Assembly (NCBI GenBank): GCA_965261645.1
Contig: CBDHDJ010000004.1
Span: forward strand, 1,903,661-1,967,660
Source of the DNA: Alphaproteobacteria bacterium
Lineage (GTDB): Bacteria; Pseudomonadota; Alphaproteobacteria; SHVV01
Reading direction: 5' to 3'
Length of the DNA: 64,000 nucleotides
Shown here: piece by piece, positions 9,880 through 19,398 of the stretch
How the letters are laid out: the number at the start of each line of letters is the position of its first letter
Position numbering within the stretch: the stretch's first letter is position 1
Made by a program: the position numbers and the translations under genes
Notes under the pieces: model-generated
The model's input: only the letters and a program-made list of their open reading frames with translations
Database searches by the model: none
Told to the model about the DNA's origin: nothing

Positions 9880-11326
9880 TCAACCCTCGCCAGTATCGTC
9901 GTCGATCAGTACGGCGTTGCCCGAGAGTTCGGCCGAGAACGCGGTGCGGTGGAGCTTCGTCGTCACCGGCGCCTCGTCCATGCGGCCGTAGAGACCGCCG
10001 AGGTTGCCGCGCAGGTCCCGGAAGCCATCCGCGCCGCGAACGGCACCCAGAACCGGCTCGATCAGGGGCTCCATGAGAGGTTGCCAGTCGTCGGGCTCCG
10101 CGGCGAGCGCGGCATCGATGGCATCGCCGTGGGCTTCAGCGAAGGCGAAGCGCCCGCCGGCGTCTGGCGCCGGTGCGTCCTCCCATTCGCCGCCATAGGT
10201 GTCCTCGATGTAGCGCAGAGTCGGCCGCATCCCGCTCATGCGGGCGATGATCTCATCGCGTTGGGCGCGGGCGTTGAGGTCCTCGGGAGGCGCGATCTCG
10301 CGCACCACCTTGGGGTAAGCGGCGCCCGCGAAGTTCCAGTCGGTGAGCCAGCGGGCGACGGTGCGGTTGAGGCCTGCGCAGATCATGCGCGAGAGCGTGA
10401 CGACGCGCTCGTCGCGCACCAGCTTCTGGACATCGGCGGTACCTTTCCAGGGGCCCATCTCGGTGGTGGCGGTCTGCAACAGGACGGCCTCGACGATGAG
10501 GGCGTCCATGTACTTGCAGAACTGGACGTGATCGCCGCCACTGCGGCGAGTGGCCTCCAGGAAGGCGATCTCCTGGCCCTCGGGGATGGCGATGCCGCCA
10601 CCCTGGGCGAGGTGTTGCAGGGTCTCCAGCAAGAGGTCGATCTCCGCCCGCGGCGCATTCGGGCCGTGCTTGCCGATGGGCGTGGGGGAGCCGAACTTCT
10701 CCAGCGCCACGGCCCAGTGGCGGATGCCGTTGCGCTTGAGCCAGACCGGCCAGAAGCAGAGCCGGGCGGCGCCGGGCCCGTGGGCCTGGCCGCCATGCTC
10801 GGCGGGCATGCGGGCGAGCCAGAACTTGGCCGCGGGCACGGCCGCGCCACGGGGATGGGTGCGGCTGACCAGGCGCAGGTCCCCGCCCGCGCCGAAGCGG
10901 AAGCGCTCGGGGGCGGATGGCGTCGATCTCGACCCGGCCGGGCGTCGGCTACCAGATGATCTCGGCGATCGCATAGCCGTACCAGACGGCATGGGCCATC
11001 TCGCGGAAGGCGGTATCGAAGTCGATCGCCTCCAGTTGTTCGGCGAGATCCTCCGCGGCAAGGGCATCGCGCCGGCCCGGCCCGCCGGGCTCGATACGCC
11101 AGGGGACGGCCGAGACGGCGTCGAGCAGTTGGGCGAGGCTGGTCGCAGCCTTCTCGTCGCGCAGGGTCTTGCGCCAGGCCGCGGGGCCGCCGCCGCGCAG
11201 GATATGCTGGGGCGATCCGGTGGCGGTAACGAAGGGAGAGAGCGCGGTCTCGATGCCACCGCCGGTGGCGGCGACCTCGCCGCGCAGCGGGCGCTTGGGA
11301 GTTCTGCGCGCGGGCGTGCGGGCCAT
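9880..11326 (-). pseudogene. Mu gp29-like portal protein (DUF935), disrupted by in-frame TAG and +1 frameshift
   Basis: N-terminal part in ORF 10949..11326 (...AIDFDTAFREMAHAVWYGYAIAEIIW*) ends at TAG (plus-strand cta at 10949-10951). The body continues in another frame from ...ERFRFGAGGDLRLVSRTHPRG (ORF 9880..11259, meaningful from ~10857). Removing one G from the G5 run at 10909-10913 restores ...VEIDAIRPERFRFGAGG.... Confidence 0.7.
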
Positions 11327-12744
11327 CAGTGCCAGCCGCTCCAGTCGGTGCCGCCGTTGACGATGTTGAGGCGGCGGTCGATGGCATGGCCCTCGCCATC
11401 GCCATAGGCGTCAAGCCCGAAGTAGCGGTCATCGGTGGTGCGCGCGGTAAACGGCCCGGCGCCATCGGCCGCGGCGGCGCAGGCCAGTGCCAATGCCCAG
11501 AAGCGGTCTGCATGACCGTCCGTCGTGCCGCGCTCGGCGATGAGCCGGGGCGCGCCGGTGGAGCCGGCCCCGGTGCGAATGCTGTGCAGATCGCGCCTGA
11601 GTGCATCATCCGCGGGGATGCGCAATTGCCGGTCCTCCATCGCCTCGCGTAAGCTGGTGGCGGCATCGAGGCGGCGCGGGCCGGTCATCAGCACACCCTC
11701 GACGCGGAGCGATCCGAGGTCGTCCTGGAGCTGCTCGACCACGGCCTCGCCCATGCCGGTCTGATCGACGGCGATGCGCAGCGGCCGGTAGCGGTGATCG
11801 AGCGCGGCGACGATCTGGCGCTGTTCGGAGAACGTGATACCTTGCCGGACCACCAGCTCGCGGCACCACAGCACATCGCCCACGGTCTCGATCACGGCCG
11901 CGACCCAGAGATCGCGCCGGCGCGCGATATCGACGCCGATATGGACCGGCCCGCCGGCATAGGCGTCCGGATCGCCCGCGGCCGCCTCCTCGGCGGCGCG
12001 GATCAGCTCCCAGGCGAGCCAGGCCCCGGCGCCCGCGGACGGAATACAGTCGAGCTCCTCGGCCGCGTGAACGCCGTACCCGGCACGTAGGCCCGCTTCC
12101 CAGGCCGCCTCGGACTCTTGCGACCAGGCCTGCCCGGTGACCCGGCATATACGCCTGTACAGCCCCTCGGCGATCGCCTGCTCGAGGGTTACGGTATGCA
12201 GGCTTCCCGGCCGTACGCCGTCACGGATATCGCGCACCAACGCGGCAAAGGGCGAGGCCTCGCCATTGTGGGTCGAGAGGACATGCACGCGACCGCCCCA
12301 CTGGCGGAAGGCGAGCGCCGCCTTCAAGACCTCATCGAGGTCGTCGACGAAAGCCGCCTCGTCGATGACGGCGACATCGCCCGGCCGGCCCTTGGAGCGG
12401 AAGGCGCGCGGCGCCGAGGTCATGGCCAGCACTTCCTTGCCCGACGCCAGTTCCAGGCGGTATGCAAGCACGTCGCGCGCACCGTCGCGGATCAGGGTCT
12501 CGCCCACGGCCTCCGCGCCGGCATCGAGGGTGCGCGCCCACGCCGCGCAATCGTCGATGAAGCCGCGCGTCATGTCCTTGTTATAGGACTGGTAATAGAC
12601 GTTGCCCCGGTCCTCGCCGGCGTGCATCACGGCGTCGTAGGCTTCGGCCCAGGAGAGCCCGATGAGGCGCGACTCCTCGATCACCTTGAGGCCGGCCTTA
12701 TCGGCGACCCAGCGCGCCTGGTAGGGCAACAGCGTGCGGTTCAT
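11326..12744 (-). CDS. phage terminase large subunit (Mu gp28-like)
   Basis: 472 aa. N-terminus LLPYQARWVADKAGLKVIEESRLIGLSWAE and overall Mu gp28 / Terminase_6-like pattern. Confidence 0.8.
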   Translation of the reverse strand: MNRTLLPYQARWVADKAGLKVIEESRLIGLSWAEAYDAVMHAGEDRGNVYYQSYNKDMTRGFIDDCAAWARTLDAGAEAVGETLIRDGARDVLAYRLELASGKEVLAMTSAPRAFRSKGRPGDVAVIDEAAFVDDLDEVLKAALAFRQWGGRVHVLSTHNGEASPFAALVRDIRDGVRPGSLHTVTLEQAIAEGLYRRICRVTGQAWSQESEAAWEAGLRAGYGVHAAEELDCIPSAGAGAWLAWELIRAAEEAAAGDPDAYAGGPVHIGVDIARRRDLWVAAVIETVGDVLWCRELVVRQGITFSEQRQIVAALDHRYRPLRIAVDQTGMGEAVVEQLQDDLGSLRVEGVLMTGPRRLDAATSLREAMEDRQLRIPADDALRRDLHSIRTGAGSTGAPRLIAERGTTDGHADRFWALALACAAAADGAGPFTARTTDDRYFGLDAYGDGEGHAIDRRLNIVNGGTDWSGWH

Positions 12745-13250
12745 GACGCAGCGCCCTCGATGGCGGCGCGGATCGCGGCGGCGGTATCGGTCGTGAGACC
12801 GGCCTTGGTTGCGGCCTTGCCGGCGGCCTGGACCGCTTCTCTCAGAACCTGACGGCGCTCGCGGCGGATTGAGATCGAGGCCCGCGCGACCTCGGCAAGG
12901 GCACGGGCGGCAGCAGTGATCTGCTTCATGTCGCCCCGTTCGGCGGCGAGCAGGAGATCGAAGATAAGGGTCTGCACCTGACGAAGCGCGCCCTCGGCCA
13001 GGGCGCCGGCATCGTCGGGTGCGGCCGCCAGCAGGGCTTCCGCCTGCTCGGTGGCCAGACGGGTCTGCTCGATCCGCCTCTCCAGCGCCGCGCCATGCTG
13101 GTGCAACGCCGATTTACCGATCGGGTGGCCCTGTTCGGCGATCCAGTCGGCAAGCTCGGTGTAGCCGGAGAAACCGCGTTCGACGATCAGCGCGTCGAGC
13201 CGAGCGCGCAATCCGCGCGGCAGCGCCAGAACCTTGGCGCGACGCGGCAT
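12741..13250 (-). CDS. phage terminase small subunit (Mu gp27-like, DUF3486)
   Basis: Start MPRRAKVLALPRGLRARLDALIVERGFSGYTELADWIAEQGHPIGKSALHQHG. Its stop overlaps the TerL start. Confidence 0.65.
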   Translation of the reverse strand: MPRRAKVLALPRGLRARLDALIVERGFSGYTELADWIAEQGHPIGKSALHQHGAALERRIEQTRLATEQAEALLAAAPDDAGALAEGALRQVQTLIFDLLLAAERGDMKQITAAARALAEVARASISIRRERRQVLREAVQAAGKAATKAGLTTDTAAAIRAAIEGAAS

Positions 13251-13303
13251 CAGTCTTCCTGGTGCGGTCTGGGCGGCCGGCGGATGCCGGGTTCGCACGG
13301 TAC

Positions 13304-13576
13304 CTAATAGTCGGCGACATCGTAGCCGTGGCGGGTCAGCGTGGCGCGCCAGGGCTCAACTTCGGAGCGATCGATGGCAATCAGCTTGCGGGTCTCCAGG
13401 TAGGCGAGCTGGTCTCTGATCCACAGCTTGGTGACGCCGAGATAGCCGGCGATGAGCACGTCGCGGATCAGCGTCTCGGTGGCGCCGAGGTGGCCGCCGA
13501 CCCGGAGCGTACGCAGGATGTCCCACCGCGCGCCGGGCAGCATCGCCGCGTCGATCAGGGGGTGTTTATTGGCCAT
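13304..13576 (-). CDS. hypothetical phage protein (90 aa)
   Basis: ORF between the lysis cassette and TerS. Coding-like composition. No family recognised. Confidence 0.4.
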   Translation of the reverse strand: MANKHPLIDAAMLPGARWDILRTLRVGGHLGATETLIRDVLIAGYLGVTKLWIRDQLAYLETRKLIAIDRSEVEPWRATLTRHGYDVADY

Positions 13577-13937
13577 CGCCTGTTTCCTTTTGTTGCGCGC
13601 CGCGGGCGCGGGTGCGCTCGTCGAGCCGCGCCAGCATCCGTGTGTGGTCCTCGAGGAGGCCGATCACGCGGCTGGTCGTCGGCACCCAGTCGTCTCGGCG
13701 CACGTAATGCTCGGCGACGCAGAGGCGATGTTCGTGGACCTCGCGCCGCGCCGCATCGAGTTGAACGCGCAGATCCGCGATCGCGCCGACGCCACCGTCG
13801 CGGCCCTGGAGCTTGTCGATCCGCTCGTCGGCCACGGCGCGGCCGGTCTCGACCTTGCGCAGCCGCACGAACAGCCCGACGCAGGCGGCGATAACCGCGG
13901 CTAAGGCAGCGCGCATGATCCAAACGTCGATCTCCAT
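13566..13937 (-). CDS. Mu-like prophage membrane protein (DUF2730-like), possible spanin
   Basis: Start MEIDVWIMRAALAAVIAACVGLFV gives an N-terminal TM helix followed by a charged, coiled-coil-like region. Sits immediately downstream of the holin. Confidence 0.4.
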   Translation of the reverse strand: MEIDVWIMRAALAAVIAACVGLFVRLRKVETGRAVADERIDKLQGRDGGVGAIADLRVQLDAARREVHEHRLCVAEHYVRRDDWVPTTSRVIGLLEDHTRMLARLDERTRARGAQQKETGDGQ

Positions 13938-13942
13938 GCCGG

Positions 13943-14443
13943 TCACGATCCGGCCTCCGCCCGCTTGGCGAGCTGGCGCGCCCCGAACCACCACAAGACG
14001 CAGGTGGTGGCGAGGTAGAGCACGGTATCGATGATGCGCGGGCGGATATCGATGGTCTCCATATCCGAGCCGCCGAGCGCGAAGTAGATGGCGCCGACGA
14101 GGCCGACGAATAGGAAGGTGAGACCGGGCCGGGTCAGGCCGCGCACCACGTCGACGAAGACCAGCCACTTGCTGTCGCCCCGCGACCAGCGCCGCGAGGC
14201 TGTGCGGTAGGAGGCCTCCAATGCCGACCAGGCGGCTTGGTCGCGTTCCGATTCGGCCTCGATCGCGGCGACACGCTCGGCCGAGGCCGCCTCGGCCCGG
14301 CTGATCTCGAGGTCGAGCCGGCGCAGGTCCATCTCCTGGGTGTGGCGCTGCTTGGCCTGGACGTAACTGGTAAAGAAGCTGACCGCGGTGCCGAGCAGGC
14401 CCGTGGCGCCACCGGTCAGGATCGAAAGCAGAGCGTCAAGCAT
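13943..14443 (-). CDS. putative 3-TM holin (GTA/phage holin_3TM-like)
   Basis: Start MLDALLSILTGGATGLLGTAVSFF. One N-terminal and two C-terminal TM segments with a central coiled-coil region. Lies in the lysis cassette. Confidence 0.5.
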   Translation of the reverse strand: MLDALLSILTGGATGLLGTAVSFFTSYVQAKQRHTQEMDLRRLDLEISRAEAASAERVAAIEAESERDQAAWSALEASYRTASRRWSRGDSKWLVFVDVVRGLTRPGLTFLFVGLVGAIYFALGGSDMETIDIRPRIIDTVLYLATTCVLWWFGARQLAKRAEAGS

Positions 14444-14867
14444 GGACGACGATCTCCAGCTCGAAGGGCCGGCCGGCGGCCGAGGCCATGAGATGGCGCA
14501 GCGCGATGCGCGATGAGAGCACCGCCTTTTGCGCCCGGCCCTTGACCGCGAGGCGGCCGGATCGGAGCCCCGGCAGCAGGCACCCCAAGGTGTGCGTGTG
14601 GAGCCCCGCGTCGACATCGCCGCCGACATTGCCGGCGTGAAACAGGATGTGGCTGCGGCCCTCGACACCGGCGACGAGAAGGCAGCAGCCGAAGCGCGGC
14701 GAGAGGTGCGGCAGCACCTCGTAGGCGCCTTCCGGGATGCATGAGCGGTTGCGCCGGTTGTCCCGCCATGGCGGTTCCATGGTGTGCAGACGCAGCTCGC
14801 CCGCCGTCAGGACGCCCATGGTGCCGTGCACGCTCGACTGGTTGCGGATCAGGCTGGCCCGTCTCAT
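14436..14867 (-). CDS. putative lysis/cell-wall-acting protein (DUF5675-like)
   Basis: Motif ...SHILFHAGNVGGDVDAGLHTHTLGCLLPG resembles the phage DUF5675 (L,D-peptidase-like) family. First gene after the Mor-like gene. Confidence 0.4.
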   Translation of the reverse strand: MRRASLIRNQSSVHGTMGVLTAGELRLHTMEPPWRDNRRNRSCIPEGAYEVLPHLSPRFGCCLLVAGVEGRSHILFHAGNVGGDVDAGLHTHTLGCLLPGLRSGRLAVKGRAQKAVLSSRIALRHLMASAAGRPFELEIVVHA

Positions 14868-14900
14868 GGCCGGATAAGAACAGAGCCGGCCGCGCCCGTG

Positions 14901-14920
14901 CAGCGGACCATGGTCCGCTG
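14901..14920. promoter_or_regulatory. 20-bp perfect palindrome CAGCGGACCATGGTCCGCTG upstream of lysis operon; candidate late-activator operator
   Basis: Perfect dyad between mor-like stop (14926) and lysis gene start (14867). A second copy lies at 22642-22665. Confidence 0.4.
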
Positions 14921-14925
14921 GGGCG

Positions 14926-15276
14926 TCATGCGTGATGGCGGCGGTAGCGGCGCGCGGTGCGCCGCGAGAGCCCGAGACGGGCGGCTATCTCGGCGGTGGT
15001 GAGCCCTTGCCCGGCGAGCCAGGGCGCCAGCGCCCGGCTGGCGCGGGGGATGTAGACCGGCCCGCCGCCGCAACGCCGGGCGATGACGCGGGCGGCTTCC
15101 GCGCCGACCAGGGAGGTCAGAGGGTGGTCCGGGCCGAGATGCTCGGGCCGCGGAATATAAAAGGCATCCTCGCCGCCGTGGGCGAGCGCGATCTGGAGCG
15201 CGGCGGCACGGCCGGCGACTTCGGCGATCTCGGCGAGCACGCCCGGCAGTGGCGCGGGCCCACCACTCACGCGCAT
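14926..15276 (-). CDS. mor: Mor/C-family transcriptional activator (Mu middle/late activator-like)
   Basis: C-terminal HTH and motif ...GEDAFYIPRPEHL...GGGPVYIPRASR...TTAEIAARLGLSRRTARRY, typical of the Mor family. Start MRVSGG at 15276. Confidence 0.7.
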   Translation of the reverse strand: MRVSGGPAPLPGVLAEIAEVAGRAAALQIALAHGGEDAFYIPRPEHLGPDHPLTSLVGAEAARVIARRCGGGPVYIPRASRALAPWLAGQGLTTAEIAARLGLSRRTARRYRRHHA

Positions 15277-16020
15277 CCCAGCGGCAGGGCCGCTTGCTCC
15301 GGAGTGATCGTGGGGAGCGGCAGGGGCGGCTCGTTCGCCACGGCCGCCAGGCGATCGCGGGCCTGGGCGTAATGGCCGGGATCGATCTCGATGCCGATGA
15401 ACCTCCGGCCGAGCCTGAGGCACGCCTCCCCGGTCGCGCCCGCGCCCATGAACGGATCGCAGACGAGATCGCCGGGCCAGGTGTAGCGGGCGACGAGCTC
15501 CATCATTAGCGACACCGGCTTGGCGGTGGGATGGCCGCCCTTCGCGGTCGCATGCGTGAACACCCCGCGCCGGCCGCCGCCGTTCCAATGCCGGTGGCCC
15601 GAACCGCACCAGGCGGTGGCGATGCACTCGAAGCCGCGCGCCGCACCCTGGCCGTTGAAGCGTGGCGCGGCGTCGGGCTTGACCCAGCAGAGCACGGTGT
15701 CCCAGCGGGCGCTCGCGGCCTGCAACGCGTCGCGCCAGGCGCGCACGCCTTCGGCCAAGGTGAACACGAGCGCCCAGCCGTTCGAGGCCACGGCGATCTT
15801 GATTGCGGCTTCGGCGCGGATGGCATCGATGCCGGCGAAGTCCGGCCCCCGGGGCGGGGCCTTGCCGTCCGTGCGAGTAATGCGCCCCACCGCAGCGTGC
15901 AGCACGTCCTCATAGGGCGGGTCGGTGATGACGTGATCGATGCCGCGCAAGCAGGGTAGGATGCCGAGGCAGTCGCCCTCATAGAGCGCCGCATTGCCGA
16001 TGAGATGGGGGGTGCCGGGC
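15267..16020 (-). CDS. DNA N6-adenine/N4-cytosine methyltransferase (DPPY motif)
   Basis: IDHVITDPPYE motif plus C-terminal AdoMet-binding region (VCDPFMGAGATG). Probable GTG start overlapping the upstream stop (taGTG). Confidence 0.75.
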
Positions 16021-16021
16021 A

Positions 16022-17179
16022 CTATCCGCCCGTCTCCGCCTTGTCCTCGGGCCACTCGTGGAGGCGGAGATCCTCGGGCCATTCCTCGGGGTTGCCACCC
16101 TTGCGGTCGCGCCCGTGGAAATACCGATACCAGTCCGAGCGATCCCCGTTGTGAATGAGGGTCCAACCACGGAACCACTTGCGCTGTGGGTGCTCGGCGC
16201 CAAGGTTGGCGAGTGCGTAGTCTGCGCCCTGCGGCCGCCCCTCGGCTGGTTGCGTCTCATAGGCATACCTGCCGAGCTGCTTGATGAATACCGGCACCCC
16301 GGCTACTTGGCATTGGTCGCGAATCGAACGCACCCACGCCAGGTTCGTCGGCCGAGCGCCCGGACCAGACTCGCCGCCGACGATGACCCAATCGAGTTCT
16401 TTGTGGATCGGCGCCGAGACTGCCTGAAATTGCTCCAGGTTCTGCATTGCGGAGCCCAATAGCGTGGCAGCCAATGGGTCGTCGAGAAGCCCTGCGGTCG
16501 CTACATCGAGGCGGTTGATCCACGGAAGGAGATCGATCGGCCCCAACATCGGTTCCGCGCTTATGAACCGAACTGCCGCCGGCGTCTCAAGTAGCGGCGG
16601 GATGCGCTCGTCGGCGCGCTCCTGATCCTCGACGGATACGCCGAGCCAGATATTCGAGAGCGGAAGGTGCACCGCCAACCAGAGTGACGGGTCTTCGCCT
16701 GTGCGTTCGTGGTGGATTTTCTGCGCCATGCCCTCGACGAGGGCGTGGCGAAAGCCGTGGAGACGTCCACCATCGTTGTTGTCGATGGAGGCCATGTACT
16801 CCCGCATGCGTGCCGGCCGTTTGGTCAGAACCTGGAATTGATGCTGCGGCGCCAGCGCCATGACCGCGAACACCCCGTCGATCCATTCGTCCGGCACGGA
16901 CTCATGGAATAGATCGCCATGGGCACAGACGAAGACGCGGCGCGGCTTGGCCCAGCGCAGCGGCTGATCGAGCCAGTCCGCATTCAGCCGGACCTTGCCG
17001 TTCCAGACCGGCCCCGATTTGCTGGCCTCGGTCAGCCCGGCCCGGCTCGGGTGATGACGCAACCGCCCGCCCGCGAGCTTCATGGCATAGCAGTTGGTGC
17101 AGCCGGGCGAGACAACGTTGCAGCCGGTAATCGGATTCCAGGTGGCGTCGGTCCATTCGATCTTGGTGCCGTCAGCCAT
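16022..17179 (-). CDS. phage Gp37/Gp68 family protein (DUF5131)
   Basis: N-terminus KIEWTDATWNPITGCNVVSPGCTNCYA is the signature of the Gp37Gp68 family. 385 aa. Confidence 0.7.
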   Translation of the reverse strand: MADGTKIEWTDATWNPITGCNVVSPGCTNCYAMKLAGGRLRHHPSRAGLTEASKSGPVWNGKVRLNADWLDQPLRWAKPRRVFVCAHGDLFHESVPDEWIDGVFAVMALAPQHQFQVLTKRPARMREYMASIDNNDGGRLHGFRHALVEGMAQKIHHERTGEDPSLWLAVHLPLSNIWLGVSVEDQERADERIPPLLETPAAVRFISAEPMLGPIDLLPWINRLDVATAGLLDDPLAATLLGSAMQNLEQFQAVSAPIHKELDWVIVGGESGPGARPTNLAWVRSIRDQCQVAGVPVFIKQLGRYAYETQPAEGRPQGADYALANLGAEHPQRKWFRGWTLIHNGDRSDWYRYFHGRDRKGGNPEEWPEDLRLHEWPEDKAETGG

Positions 17180-17612
17180 GAACCGCCTCCGCCTTCGCCC
17201 CGCGGATGCGCTGGCCCAGATGGGCGATCAGGGCGATGGCCTCATCGGCCTCGAGATCGGTATGGGAGATCGTGCGCGCGATTCCGGCATGGCGCGCGGC
17301 ATAGGATGCGAGCGCGCCAGGATCGTCGATCTTGGCGATGCCGAGAGCGTGGAGGATGCGCCACTGCGATTCCAGCACCCGGGCGGGGGGGTTGTCGATC
17401 CCCTCGCCATCGGCGGCCGCATAGGGCGACCAATCGACGCCCGCCTCGCGGGCGAGCCACGCCTTGAGCCCCTCGACCGCCTTGGCGCTGTCTTCCGGGC
17501 GGCGCGCCCAGGCGGCCGCGTCCAACCCCGCCTGACGCTTGATGAAGGCAACCAGCGCCGCCTCGGTGGACCGCGCCACCACTCCGGCCAGCCAGAGAGC
17601 CACAGCGCCCAC
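17172..17612 (-). CDS. GemA-like protein (Mu gp16 / DUF1018 family)
   Basis: Repeated DUF1018-like motifs (ALVAFIKRQAGLDAAAW..DSAK.., SQWRILHALGIAKIDDPGALASYAARHAGIARTISHTDLEADEAIALIAHL). GTG start. Confidence 0.55.
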   Translation of the reverse strand: MGAVALWLAGVVARSTEAALVAFIKRQAGLDAAAWARRPEDSAKAVEGLKAWLAREAGVDWSPYAAADGEGIDNPPARVLESQWRILHALGIAKIDDPGALASYAARHAGIARTISHTDLEADEAIALIAHLGQRIRGAKAEAVHG

Positions 17613-17908
17613 AGCTTCCCGGTGTGCGGACCCTCGGGCAGACCGTCGCGGCGGCGACCATTGTTGCGTCCGGCACCGGGGCGCCGGTCCATCTCCGCCA
17701 GTACGCCGCGCAGCGCGGCCGCGCTCATGTCGCGGCTGGAAGGCTTGCCGGTCACGCGGATCTGGAGCGCGCGCCGGATCTCGGTGTCGAGACCGAGCTC
17801 GCGGGGGCGTCTGGCCTGCCCCCGATTAGTGGTCCAGCCCTCTCTGCCAACCTCACTGAGACACCGGCGCCCCTTGGAATTACTGTAGGGCGGTGGAGGT
17901 GAATACCA

Positions 17909-18397
17909 ATGACCGCAGAGAGAGAATCGATGACATTGCAAGAGATGGACGCTCCGGCCTTGGGGGTCGAGGAGCGTCGCGACGAGGCCCCCGGAGCCGG
18001 AGCCAGCCACGCGCGGCCAACGCCGGACCCGGAGGTCGTGGCCAAGCCGAAGAGGCGCAAGTTCACCGCGCAGTATCGACTGCGGATTCTGGAGGAGGCA
18101 GAGAGCTGCACGCAGCCCGGCGAGGTGGGCCGGCTGCTTCGCCGCGAGGGGCTGTACAGCTCCCATCTGACGGAATGGCGCAGGGCGCGGCGTGAAGGGT
18201 CGCTTCAAGGCCTGACCCCGAGCAAACGCGGTCGGAAGCCCGCCGAGCGCAACCCCCTCAGCGCGAAGGTGCACGAGCTCGAGGCGAAAGTGGCTCGGCT
18301 GGAGAAGGAGCTGCACACCGCCCATACGATCCTGGACGTCCAGGGAAAAGTTGCCGGGCTGCTGGGATTCAGCCTCGAACACGGGAAGGACTGCTGA
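17909..18397 (+). CDS. IS3-family transposase OrfA (HTH)
   Basis: 162 aa with leucine-zipper/HTH InsN-like region (KRRKFTAQYRLRILEEAE...). Confidence 0.8.
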   Translation: MTAERESMTLQEMDAPALGVEERRDEAPGAGASHARPTPDPEVVAKPKRRKFTAQYRLRILEEAESCTQPGEVGRLLRREGLYSSHLTEWRRARREGSLQGLTPSKRGRKPAERNPLSAKVHELEAKVARLEKELHTAHTILDVQGKVAGLLGFSLEHGKDC

Positions 18398-19398
18398 TGG
18401 CCGTCCAGCCGCTCGCATCGCAGGTCGGCGTGGCGCCGGCGTGCCGAGCGCTGGGGGTGCCACGGGCTTCCTTCTACCGTCGTCAGAGGCCCGCTCCCGG
18501 GCATCAGCAGCCCCGTCCTACGCCCGCCCGGGCCCTGTGTGCGTCCGAACGCGCGCACGTCCTCGACGTGCTCGCCAGCCCGCGCTTCGTCGACCGGTCA
18601 CCGGCCGAGGTCGTCGCGACGCTGCTCGATGAAGGCCAGTATCTGTGCGCCGAGCGCACGATATACCGGATCCTGGCCGCGAACCAGCCGGTGCGAGAGC
18701 GGCGCAATCAGCGCAGTCATCCCTGCTACACCAAGCCCGAGCTGGTGGCCACGGGCCCCAACCAGACCTGGTCCTGGGATATCACCCGGCTCCGGGGGCC
18801 CAAACGCTGGACGTCCTTCTACCTCTATGTCTTGCTCGACATCTTCAGCCGCTGCGTCGTGGGCTGGATGGTTGCCGATCGGGAGAACGCCGCGCTCGCC
18901 GCGACGCTGATCGAGGAAACCTGTCTCAAGCAAGGCATCGAGCCCCAGGTGCTCACCCTGCATTCGGACCGCGGCGCGCCGATGACCAGCAAGTGTACCG
19001 CCCAACTCCTCGCCGACCTCGGGGTCACCCGCTCTCTGAGCCGCCCCCAGGTCAGCGATGACAACCCGTTCTCCGAAGCGCAGTTCAAGACCCTGAAGTA
19101 TCACCCCGGCTTCCCTGGGCGCTTCGAAGACATTACCGCCGCCATCGCCTTCTGCCGGTCGTTCTTCCCCTGGTACAACACCGAGCACCGCCATGCCGGG
19201 ATCGCGATGCTCACCCCCGATGATGTCCATCATCACCGGGCACCGGATGTGCTGGCTCAGCGCGGACGTACCCTGCAAGCCGCCTGGGCCCTTCACCCCG
19301 AACGCTTCGTCCACGGCACCCCGAAACCCGCCCCGCTTCCCGAAGCCGTCTGGATCAACCCACCCGCCACTTCCACAACAGGAGAAACGAGTCAGTAA
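18397..19398 (+). CDS. IS3-family transposase OrfB (DDE integrase core)
   Basis: 333 aa, rve integrase-core motifs (WSWDITRL, HSDRGAPMTS, DNPFSEAQFKTLK). Confidence 0.85.
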   Translation: MAVQPLASQVGVAPACRALGVPRASFYRRQRPAPGHQQPRPTPARALCASERAHVLDVLASPRFVDRSPAEVVATLLDEGQYLCAERTIYRILAANQPVRERRNQRSHPCYTKPELVATGPNQTWSWDITRLRGPKRWTSFYLYVLLDIFSRCVVGWMVADRENAALAATLIEETCLKQGIEPQVLTLHSDRGAPMTSKCTAQLLADLGVTRSLSRPQVSDDNPFSEAQFKTLKYHPGFPGRFEDITAAIAFCRSFFPWYNTEHRHAGIAMLTPDDVHHHRAPDVLAQRGRTLQAAWALHPERFVHGTPKPAPLPEAVWINPPATSTTGETSQ

